60,000 nucleotides of DNA from Callorhinchus milii. Taxonomy: Eukaryota. The DNA lies in contig NW_024704742.1 of NCBI RefSeq assembly GCF_018977255.1, forward strand, positions 110,362,001 through 110,422,000, given 5' to 3'. Below are positions 25,901 through 37,157 of the stretch, one piece after another (the first letter of the stretch is position 1; each line of letters begins with the position of its first letter). The notes below the pieces were generated by a model. The model had not been told where the DNA came from. It saw nothing but the letters and a program-made list of their open reading frames with translations, and did not search any database. The translations under genes and the position numbers were made by a program.

Positions 25901-26436
25901 ACCAATACATTGCACATATGCACTCTGTCACTGCAGTGCTCCTGAACTTATACTTAAAATATCTGCCGTATTATATGAAATAATTAATAACTAGGAGATT
26001 TACCGGGCAGTTATGCAGTCTTAGTGGTGTTGATGACTATCTAAACTTAACTGAGTGATGGAACAATGCTGTTTTAACTAAAAGGTAGTTCCAGCTTTTA
26101 AAATGCTAAAGGTAAAAGACTGAAGGTTGACAGGGCCATATCATAGATGTGACCCTGCCAATCTCCGATGTGATTTTCAAATGGAAAAGTCGGAAGTGGG
26201 GACCTGGAACATAAATACAAGTCAAAGGCCCCCACAGAGAGATCATGCCCCAATGTGAATAAGGGTTAAAATCCCCTGCAAGACTCACTGCATTCAGGCA
26301 AGGTGAGAGAAAGGGAGAAAATCAAGGAAACTGATCCTTAAAAGTACACAGTGAGATTTGTCTGAGCTTGGACACAGTAAAACTATCATTAGTATCTTAT
26401 TTAGGAGTTAATTTTGGCCATCCTCAACCAAATTCT

Positions 26437-26722
26437 GGAGTCCTGTAGCTCAGTGGTTAGAGCACTCGCCTTGCAAGCGAAACCTTGGGCAAGTTTCCTT
26501 ACTCCACACACCTAATAATAATCCCTCCAAAACAAAAAAACAATAATAAATTGTTCATTTTCAAACCACGACTGCTTGTGGGACACTGCTGTGCGCAATT
26601 GGCTGTGTGTTTCGTCCACAAATATACGGTCAATTCACTTTACAGCATATTCTGTGAAGCGCTTTGAGATGTCGAGAAAACGTGAAAAGCGCTATACCAA
26701 ATGCAAGGATTATTATTATTAT
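26437..26722 (+). mobile_element. tRNA-Ala-derived SINE with B box deleted
   Basis: ggagtcctgtagctcagtggttagagcactcgccttgcaagcga|aaccttggg; body and tail match the 10806 copy. Confidence 0.92.
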
Positions 26723-26914
26723 AAATGTAATTATACAATGGTTACATGGATCAAAATGCTGGCTGAGGGGAGAATGTGTGGTTAACCATAAATCTATCCC
26801 TGATCTATAAGGTTATGATATTGAGTTGTGTGTTCCCCTATTCAGACACTGGGCAAACAATTGATTGATTGACCCACAAATACAACCAGTTTCCACTTTA
26901 TAACTGTAAAAGAT

Positions 26915-27150
26915 ACAACAACAACAACAACAACAAGATTCCATTTATAAAGCGCCTTTCACGTCAGGAGGACGTCCCAAGGCGCTGCACAGTTGGGTCA
27001 TGACCCGAGCAGGGGGGAAATGGTCAGGGTGAGGGGAGGGAAGGGAGGGAGCGAGGAGGGGGGAAATGGTCAGGGTGAGGGGAGGGAAGGGAGGGAGCGA
27101 GGAGGGGGAAGAGAGTCGAGAGGGGAGCTGAAGGCACGGTCAAAGAGAAT
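26915..27150 (-). mobile_element. L2 LINE 3' end (young) with 46-bp tandem duplication
   Basis: (AAC)n tail, gcgcctttcacgtcaggaggacgtcccaagg; unit repeated at 27011 and 27057. Confidence 0.9.
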
Positions 27151-27555
27151 AAAAACATCCTCAGAATAAAAAAGAAGCTTCTTATTTTAATTTAGAAGTG
27201 TTCGGCATTCAATAACAGCTAGAAAACTTTGCTGAATATTTAGAAACAATTTGTGAATGCACTTTCCAAATTCCTTAGAGGAATAATATATTAAAGAGTA
27301 GGCTTTTGAATATATTTATTTGTTTGACCTATAATAATGGGGAAGTATTGTACATAGATAGCTAAAAATAGAAATCTTTTCATCACATTGTTTATTCCTA
27401 TTTTAAACACATAATGTAAAGATTGTATTTTAACAATCTGAAAATCTAAAACCTCAATTGGCTCTGTGAAAGTTAAATATAATCTCTTTGCAGATAATTA
27501 AATCCTTTCATTCCTAGAACTTTTGTTTTATTTTCCTTAGTATTACAAATTAGGC

Positions 27556-27988
27556 ATCAGCCTGCTTCAGTGGGTCACACTCTTACCTCTCAATCAGAAG
27601 GTTGTGCATTCAAGCTTCATATTGGGACTTTTGTACACAGAATTTGCCTGACTCCAGTGTAGTGCTGAGGAAGTGTTACGTTGGCGGAGGTGCTGTCCTT
27701 TGCACTTTAAATTAAGGTTATATTTTTGTGTTCAGGAAAACATGAAAGATCCTATAGCACTATTTGAAAAGAGAAGAGAGTTTCTCCCTGTGTTCTGTCC
27801 AACAACCGCCCCAAAATTAAAAACAAATTATTCACTTTATGGTTCTTTGTGGGACATTGCTGCGGGCAAATTGGTTGCTTCATTTGAGTACAAATGTCGT
27901 CATTACACTTTACAGAACAAGTTTGTGAAGCATTTAGAGACATTTTGACATGAAAAGGTGCTATCTCAAATGCAATGATTATTATTTT
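27556..27988 (+). mobile_element. Deu-domain SINE, near full length
   Basis: tRNA-like head (tcagtgggtcacactctt..tcagaaggttgtgcattcaagc), core (ccagtgtagtgctgaggaagtg..cggaggtgctgtcctt..aaagatcctatagcactatttgaa), shared tail. Confidence 0.8.
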
Positions 27989-30900
27989 AACATTTAGTCA
28001 GGCCAATCTTAGTGTTATATTCCATTGTTGTTAAAAACTCTTTCCCTTATTCAGTGTCATCCTTCCTGCATTGTTCATCTCTCCCATGCTAAGGACAACA
28101 AGCTATCTGTATTAATTACCTATTTATGGTTCTCCACAGAAAATATCAACACAAGTACTGTGTACACATAAGACTTATCCCTTCCCCCATTTCCCACAAA
28201 CAACACACTCACAATTCTAACTTGCTCTGTCCCTAACTAACCCCTCAGGCCAGACCTTTGGACTTCATTTATGATGCTAACATGCTGTGTCCAGACAGTG
28301 GCCAAATTGACTGACTGTCCCCAGGACTTCAATCCTAATTAACTACAGATTTGGCTAATGGCATCTAACCCCCAAAGTTTTATCTAATTTGCAACCATGG
28401 AGGGTGGATAATTCCTGTGCAATCTAAATCATTGCTCCTACTCCAGCTCTTCATTCATCCTACACGCTTGTCTTGCAAGGTGGTATTGATGGTGGGTAGA
28501 GCAGTTCTTGCTAGTGCTGTTACAGCCATTCAGGTTAAGAATGCAAGTATTGATGGAACAGTAACAGCACATCCACACAAAGTTCTTTGATGTTTATTTG
28601 CATGCCTATAAATATTTTGGTCTCCCCTGCTCTTGTTTTAAGAGCCTGAGCTGAAAGTTGAAAGTCTCTCTTTTGCTCTTAGCCGCAGTGACTTTACACT
28701 AAACAGTGGGTTTTCAGTTCACCAGCATCTCCATCTATATCTTTGAATTGAAAAGGAAGCATAACATCTAAAATTCCACTTAGTCTTCATCTGTAAGGCC
28801 ATTCTCTCTTCAAATTTGAGGTCTTACTGAATTGTTAAATTCAGTATTAATTTGACAGGTCTTTGTCCACATTTTTTTTTAAAAAACTGCTAAATTAAGA
28901 TTAAATTGAGCAATTTTTTGTGGTTCTGTGCACACTTACATTTTTTAAGGCAAATTAGTCTTTAAGATTATGAATAGGTAGAATTTCAGGCCTTTAGTAT
29001 TCAATACATATAACCTAAAGAAAGGAACATAATTTTTAGTGCAATGCAAAACAGAATCACTAGTATAACAGTAATACAAAATAACAGTTATTTGTATGAA
29101 TTATGTTTTAATATTGCAGTCTTATTTAAAATTAAAATATTCTATAAAACAAGTGATGGTTTCAAAAATTGTTTCTACATTGCACTTCAGAATTTGTAGG
29201 ATATTATCCAGGGGGAGATGAAGATATGTGGGTCAGTCCTAATAAACTGCACTAGTCATTCCCTCACAAGGAATGGATTCCCCACTCCTCCCCCAGTCCT
29301 GATAGATCCAAGCACCCTATTTATTTGAAGGGACATATCTGCTGCTAATTGATTTGGCCTTTTAATTACAGATTCATTGTGATCTTACAATGAATCCTTG
29401 CACAGGCAAGGTCAGTAATTTTACCAACCTGCAGAGAATATGACCCACCCTCCTGCCAAGGTCAATGCTTTACTGATAACCAACGAATCACCCACAGATG
29501 TCGCGAAACACCAGACCCAGCTCTCATTTATAGGCTGGTTGAAACACGAACAACACAAAACCAGCCGACATGCTGATAGGCTGGAATAATAATTCAAAGC
29601 AGTCGACAAAGGACTACTGTCATTACGGAGTTCATATAAATGGGGCAAATGCAGAGTTGCTAACACTGGGAAATATTAGGAGCAAGACTTACAACCACAA
29701 AGAAGTGATGCAGTTTGGAGACCCATTCAGACACAAGGAACTTTTATTCATCAGAGCAAATGCATTAAAACGATCGTGTTTCACACCAAACAGGTGGGAT
29801 TTGGCAGGGCTGCAGATAGAGCATTAAGAATCCAATAACCTCAACAGATAAACCAGCCCATCCATAGTTAATAAAGTGCTGTTCTGACCATTACATTTGG
29901 TTACTCGTACTAAAATCAACGTCGGTGGAGATTGTGGAAGTATTTTCAGTCTTCATTGTCACTAGAAATGAGAATATTTTCACAAGTATTGAACTCTATG
30001 ATATGGGATTATTCTACTGTATTCATGACAAGCCTGACAAATTGAGACATTCTGTAGATAATAACACATCACTGATAATCACATGTGTGGCTAAAAGAGG
30101 TTTCATTTGAATCAATACTGTTTTGTTCTGCATGTGTGCAGCAATGACTATTGCAGTCAGGCAATCATAGTTTTGGTGAACAGAAGCTGTCAGCTGATGT
30201 GTAAAGAAGCTACATGGGAATGCCTTGGGCTTAAAAATACTTGCGTAAAACACATGACTTGTTAGAAAAAAGAGGCAGTCCGTTCATTTTCCCTACAAAA
30301 CAGTGATAATTGATCTAAGTGCAGCTACAGGTAAAGTGACCTATGCTCTGAGGGTAAGAGAAAAGAGAGAAAGGCATTTGGCTTTAGTGTGGCTATTAAC
30401 TAACCAGCCATGGGTCAGCTAGTCTTTGGGGAAAATCCTTCAGTAGTTTCTATCATGGAAACGTATCTCTGCTAGTGTTTACAGTCTCCTTGTTATGTGA
30501 AAACACAAAGAGCCTCTTAGTCTGGAGCAGGACAAAAGGACACAAGAGAGAGTTAGCAACACGTCTGGGCAATGCCCTGGCCCCTGGAGGGGAGCACATC
30601 CTAAAGGAGAAAGAATGAGCTGCATCTAAAGAAGCTTTAGTTTAGGACACTGATTGTCTTTAGTCATCTGAAAGTCTTCAGCCTCCGGACGTAAAACCAT
30701 TCTCTCCTCATATATCCAAAGACTGCTGGTGCCAGGATGAAACAATCTGGATACTCCATTTCATTAAAGACAACACCATATCAGAGAAAATAACAAAATA
30801 TGTTGATCCCTCTGACAGCAGTATCCTCTTGTTCCTTAAATGTGAGCAACTCCCTGCTTCACCACAGAATTCCACCAAGTAAAATGGCAATGCACTTGCA

Positions 30901-31094
30901 TTGGCTGACACAAACTCACCGGGATCTAATTTGTGAGATTTGCAACTACAGTAAGTTTTGGAGTTGGTGTCTGATACTGATATACCGGAACTACAACAAA
31001 TTGTAGTTCCATTATATCAGTAGAAGACACATCAACACCAATTGGAAATAAAGCAAATTGTAGTTCCAACTGATGTTATTGGGTATCAAGACAA

Positions 31095-31700
31095 AACATG
31101 GATATAGATTTAAAAATAGCTGAAGGAAGGAAGCAGAGAGTAGCCATTAAGGGAGCTAGATCAAAATGGATGACATATTAAGTAGATCCCCAAAGGTTGT
31201 ATTGACCTTATATAGTGCTTTGGTCAGATCATACCTATAGCATTGAGTTCTGGTCACCACAACCCAAGGTGTCTGTTTAGGCCTTAGAAACTGCAGAGGA
31301 TAGCACAAGGATGCTCCACAGTGCTAAAGGTATTAGCTATGAGCAACGATTAGATAAGCTATAACTCTTGATTCTTAAAAGGAGATGTTTCAGAGGGGAC
31401 TTTATAGAGGCATATAACATTGTAAATGGGATTAATGAAGTCAACCCAGAACCGTATTTTAGGGTACATCAAAAAAGTGGAACAAGAGGACATAGGTTTA
31501 GATTTACAAATGGTAATTTCAGGACAACAAATAACAATAAATTACATTTGTATAGCGTCTTTCACGTCAGGAGGACAATCCAAGGCACTGAAAGTGGCTA
31601 CCAGGAAGTTTTTTTTGATACAGGGTGTAATAAATGCCTGAAACAGGTTGAAGGAAGAGTGGTTAAGGCCTACTCCAACTTGCCTAACTGAAAAGCAAAC
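31095..31700 (+). mobile_element. Old CR1 LINE ORF2 3' fragment with short L2 tail inserted (31524-31590, minus)
   Basis: ORF 31368..31691 RRCFRGDFIEAYNIVNG..TRGHRFRF; upstream LYSALVRSYL. Confidence 0.8.
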
Positions 31701-31821
31701 ACTTATGCATTTATTGTATGAATAACTGAGGTAAAATATGCAGTATTTTGTAACTAAATAAAATTCCCAAAGTCCATTTACGTTAACCTGCAAGATCACT
31801 GCGTCTTAAATTTGTGCGTTA

Positions 31822-31908
31822 TTGTGGGAAATTCTTAAATTCGGTCCTAATTTGGAAGCTGTCTTTCTACAGTTCCAAATTAAGACTGAATTGAAGAATT
31901 TTCCACAA
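31822..31908. repeat. Near-perfect hairpin (36-bp arms, 4 mismatches), probably a collapsed MITE
   Basis: ttgtgggaaattcttaaattcggtcctaatttggaa versus rc ttgtggaaaattcttcaattcagtcttaatttggaa; related arm at 4984-5011. Confidence 0.9.
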
Positions 31909-34900
31909 ATCTGCATCATCATACAATTATGCATTTTCTATTGCATTTTTCACCTCAGGAGGTTGTCGCAAAGTACTTCACATGGGGTATATACTGTATA
32001 TAATATATATAGAATTACCCAGCATCTACAGCCTTCAGCCCAATTAGTCCATCTGTCTTTTTATGCTACACCAATCCTAATTACCCCTACCCTAGCCTCC
32101 CCCATATCCTGCTATTACCCCCTCATCATGTATCCACTTAAAACTTGAGACAAATTTGTTTTCTTGCCAAACATTTTGTAGAATTTCAGGTTTTCAAATG
32201 AATTATCACTGGCGGTAATTAAATTGGCCAATTAAGTAAATAATTAAAATAATCCTTGCATTTAATATAGCACCGTATGTCTCAAAGCACTTCACAGAAT
32301 ATAAAGTGCATCGACTGTATATTTTTTGGGTAAAATATTACGGCAAATAGACAACGATATTCAAAAAAATCAGCCAATGACACTGAATCTCATTGAATCG
32401 GTTGCAAAATGCTGTATATTGCAGTAAGTCACATTGGGTGAATCTGCACCTTCTCCAAGTTATTGATGGGGCAGATTTCATTTGCAATTAATAATGTCGA
32501 TATTGAAAAAATAATGATGTCACAAGATTGTTTTGAATATAAAACAACAAACCTATTCACTGGTTTCAAACAATGGCTCAATATCGTTAGTATGATGACT
32601 ACAGGTGTTAATACTGACATGTCAAACTCCATATAGAAACTGATTTATTTACATATTTTTAATTGCAATACAGCAACTGATGATTATTCAATGGGATCCC
32701 AGGTCTGGACGAATGGACAAGAGGATTGCTGTGTTAATTGTCCCTTACAAGTCGCCATTTGAAACCCAGCTGCAAAGGAGGATTGTATGTCTAAAATAAC
32801 AATAAAAAATCAAATCTGAAGACATCTGCTTTTCTTCCGTCAGTGAGACTGGCTGATTTTTCATCTTGAGCGCTTTTACAATTAGTCAGGAACAGAAGGG
32901 ACAAGAGCTTAGCATTTGGACAGATGACATCACTTGTGTTTTAATTAGTGCGGACCATCTTTTATTGTAGAATAAAAGACTGTCACGTGAGAGATTTGGG
33001 ACACAGTGTGATGTGATTACTGGCCATATGTACAATTTAGCTGTACCGCCAATGGTACGCGGCAACATTCACATTCATTAACACTTTGAGGGCTGGAGCT
33101 GCATTGCAGCTTTGAAGATGTGCACTTTATTTTTAAGGTGAAACACAGGCATAGCTAACACCATCTACTTTAATAGCAGAGTAATTATTAAATTTAGGAT
33201 TAGATTAAAGTGACTGGACACTTTAATTTGAGGAAGAAAGACAGATCTTTGCAAAAATACAGCCCTTTTAGAACACAGCAGAATGGCAGCTGCCCTTTGA
33301 CACAGTGCGATGGAATTTCAAAGAGTGGTTCCACAGAATGGTAGGATTCATAATTTACTGCAGGTGGCATTTCCAACTTCAGCTGGGTTGTTTGGTGAGA
33401 AGTGACGGTGCTTTCTGGAGGGTCAGAGGCTGCATTGGAGGGCAGGAGATGTTTGTAAAAAAGCTTTAAAAAGAACTACAAGCAGGTTCTTAGCTTTTCA
33501 ATTGGACAGAGGAAAGTACGTATTATCTAGTGGGAGCTAAAATAGCAGAGTTAAAACATTAGAAAAGTAGAACTACACTATAAGGATTATAGCTCTAAGA
33601 CTCTACCCTGCATGTGGGGCATTATACAAATGTAAGTTGTTGTTGTTAATGGACCTGTGGATCTCATTGTGTGGTGACATGGTGCACAAGTTCAGTGATA
33701 GCAAATAAGTATGCAAATTTAGAAAGCCAGTTACCTTGTGCCATTCTCAGGCACTTACCCAGAACGAGCAGCAGAGTACGTTGACAAAGACCTGGGAGCA
33801 AATCCTCAACACAAAACAACAACAAATTACATTTGTATAGCAACTCTCAAGTTGAGGATGTCGCAACTTTTCAATTTGTCTTTAAAAAGCAAAATCCCAA
33901 TTTATTATCATCTGCATAATCTAATTTTCTCTGCCCTTGTGAGTGCTACCCAGCATATGCATGTTGCTTCTTGATGTTAACAGTCTCTAATGGGGTTCAC
34001 TTCAAGAAGATCAGCAAACACCCACCCCACAGAATAGCCAGTCCTACAAGAAGGGTTCAGGAAACTACACTACTGTACCTCCTTAATAATATTAGAGATT
34101 AACTGGGATTTATAACTTTTATAGTTTATTTTATTTATTTATTTATTTAATTTATAGTCTGTTAACTACAGTACATCATTACTGAATGATTTTGTGTTAT
34201 AATGATCAACAAGCTCTCTGCCATTGTAAAGAGTGAGAAAAAAACTCAAGGTCTTGGAAAATATATTCAGGTAAATCAAAATGCCACTGCTTTGGAATGT
34301 ATGTTATTTCTGCCAAAGAACAGAATTGTATGGTAATAGAAATGCTGGCAATCCACAACAAGTCAATGAGGATCTGAGAGAGAAAGAAGGAGAGAGAAGT
34401 AAATGCCTCAATGATCTTCATTAGAAATGAAAGTGAAAATGTAAGAGGAAAGGAAGTTTGAAAAAATATTACTGACAACAAACAGGTTTCTTAGTTAGGG
34501 AATGTATCTGTTGTGGGTGTACAATAAGGGGCCAAAAGCTGAACTCTTTCATGAACTATTCTTGCTGCCAATTCTGTGGGCTGAAATTCTTTACAGCCTT
34601 GAAACCATTTTGGAAAGCCATTTTGGAAATACCAGTTCTCTTAATGCAGTCACCAAAGCACATGTGGGGGAACTCGCAAAACTAAGAGAAAGAAATAATC
34701 AAAGTGATTGTGTAAAACTGTGGGTTTGTAATAGCTGTCAATACAAAGTTCAGTACCTGAGACAGAGAGGTTAAAATCCAGAATGGAGGTAAATCCAGTG
34801 CAACAACAATAACAAATTACATTTGTTCAGCTCCTTTCACATCTAGGGGATGTCCCAAGGCACTGGTCATTCAAGGATTTGCACCTCAGTGCAGTTAAGG

Positions 34901-35363
34901 GACACTGAAATGAAAAGTTTACAATTGTAAAATGACTCAATAATTTGTGTTTAAATTGGACTAGCAATTACATTAACTGACATGTGATTGGTAACCACAT
35001 GGGTTATTCAATATTTGATTAATTAATCCAGAGAGTAAATATTAATAAATAAATCTAATCTATTTCTACTTAATACTACAAACTGTGTCTATTTTCTTCA
35101 ACAGGCTCCAGTGGGCCAAGGGCCCATAAGGTATCCTTGAACTGTCACTTTGATGATTTCACTGGTGTATTGAGCAGAGAGCCCAGCACTTGAGCAGAGA
35201 GCCCAGCAAACGTGAGCAGAGAGCACAGCAGCGTGAGGTGGAACAGAATGAGAATTCTGTTAAGGAATTTGGTGAGAGTGGGAATTCAGTGCAGAGGGGG
35301 AAAGAGGTGCATAATTATAAAATATATATTTATATTAAAATAATATAAAACATGTCTGGGAAT

Positions 35364-36291
35364 ATGGCAGGGCAGCTGAGACGATTTACATGCACAATGT
35401 GTGCCATGTGGGAACTCCAGGATGCTTTGTGTGCTTTGGACAAATGTGTGTAGGAAGGTGCTTCCGGTTGCTCGAGCTTGAGCTCAGAGTTTCTGAGCTC
35501 GAGGAGAGACTGGTGTCACTACCTAGCATACAGGAGGCTGAAGATTTCATGGATTGAATATTTCAGAAGGTGGTCACCCCACAGCAACAGAGAGTTCAGA
35601 AGAAGAGTGAGTAGGTGACCATCTGGCATGGTAGGAAGGGGGAGCGGGGAGTGCAGAAATCCCTGAGAGTTTGGCACACATAAACCGGTTCTCTGTACTT
35701 AGTACCAGTGAGGATGATGACAACTCTGGGGAGGGGAGTCAAAAGCAAATGGAAGCACAGTGGGACACAGGGAAGAGTGTCAAAGCAATTGTCATTGGGG
35801 ACACAATGGTGAAAAGAGTAGCTAGGCGTTTCTGCAACCAAAGCCGGGACTCTTGCATGGTATGTTGCCTCCCTGGTGCCAGGGTTGAAGACATCATGGA
35901 ACGGGGTGCAAAACATTCTACAGGGGGAAGGGGAACATCCAGAAGTCATGGTTCAAGTTGGGATCCACGATGTAGGAAGAAAAGTGCTGAGATCCTACAG
36001 GGAGAGTGTCAGAAGCTAGGGAAAAAGCTAAAGAGTAGGACCTCAAAGGTGGTGATCTCTGGATTACTCCCAGTGCCTTGTGCAAGTGAGTATCAAAACA
36101 GCAGAATCAAACACATGAATCCATGGCTGGAGAAATGGTGCAAAAAGGAGCACTTCAGGTTCCTGGATCATTGGGACCAGTTCCAGGGCAGGTGGGACAT
36201 GTACAAGGTGGATGAGTTACAGCTGAACAGGGCTGGGACCAATGTCCTCACAGGGAGGTTAACTAGTGCTATGGGAAAGGGTCTAAACTAA
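35364..36291 (+). pseudogene. CR1 ORF1 remnant (zinc finger/leucine zipper plus SGNH esterase-like domain), frameshifted
   Basis: MAGQ..CTMCAMWE, LELELRVSELEERL, IVIGDTMVK, VCCLPGARVEDI, KVVISGLLP, FLDHWDQF..DELQLNRAG. Confidence 0.85.
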
Positions 36292-36569
36292 TTTTGAAGG
36301 GAGAAGGGAATCAGGATGTAGCATCAGAGAGGACAAACAAGTTACATAGATCACTGGGAGAGATGAATAGCAATGTAATTCTACATATATATATGGATGC
36401 ACAGGGGGACACAAGGAAGAGTGTCAATGCAATTATCATTGGGGACACAATGATAAAAGGAGCAGACAGGCATTTCTGCAACCAAAGATGTGACTCTCGC
36501 ATGGTACGTTGCCTCCCTGGTGCCAGGGTTGAAGACATATTATATATATAGCAATGTAATTCTATTACA

Positions 36570-36915
36570 TTACCCCTACCTCTCTGATCTCTCTCCTCAA
36601 AACAGTGCCCATTGCCTTCGTTCCTCCGGGTCTGACCTCCTCCTTGTCCCCCGATTCCTCTGCTCCACCCTCGGCGGCCGTGCCTTCAGCTACTATGCCC
36701 TGAAGCTCTGGAACTCCCTACCTCACTCCCTTTGCCTCGCTCCCTCGCTTCCTATTTTCAGGTCTCTGCTGAAGACCTTTCTTTTCGACTGCACCTTTGG
36801 TCACCTTCTCCCCCCCAACCCTACCCCTGGCTCGGTCCCGGGATCCGTTACTGTGAAGCGCTCTGAGGCACCGTCTGGCAGGGAGGGGGATATATAAATC
36901 CATGTTGTTGTAATA
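36570..36915 (+). mobile_element. L2 LINE 3' end of a second subfamily, nested in the CR1
   Basis: Encodes LRSSGSDLLLVPR..GGRAFSYYALKLWNSLP..LKTFLF; distinct 3' end gcgctctgaggcaccgtc..atataaatccatgttgttgt. Confidence 0.85.
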
Positions 36916-36974
36916 AGGAGTTGACAAGAAAAATGAGGGATTAGATGGGGAGAGATGCAGAACAGACTAAGTTG

Positions 36975-37157
36975 GTTTTGGAGTGCATGTGTGTACATGC
37001 ACGGAGTGTGACAAATAAGATTGGTGAGCTGCAGACTCAACTTACCACATGGGGTTATGATGCAGTGGCAATAATGGAGACCTGGCTCAAACAAGGGCAG
37101 GAATGGGAGCTGAATATTCCTGGCTACAATGTATTTAGGAAGGATAGGGAAGGGAAA
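36975..37157 (+). pseudogene. CR1 ORF2 APE endonuclease, N-terminal part
   Basis: HARSVTNKIGEL..YDAVAIMETWL..IPGYNVFRKDREGK; continues as GGGVAILIK at about 39633. Confidence 0.88.

Noticed and set aside
35105..35130. Collagen-like mini-exon (GSSGPRAHK)
   Set aside because: 26 nt, the third triplet lacks Gly, and no other Gly-X-Y exons were seen.
35170..35235. CRISPR-like spaced repeats
   Set aside because: Three near-adjacent gagcagagagcccagca units in a CR1 5'UTR, with no unique spacers, in eukaryotic context.
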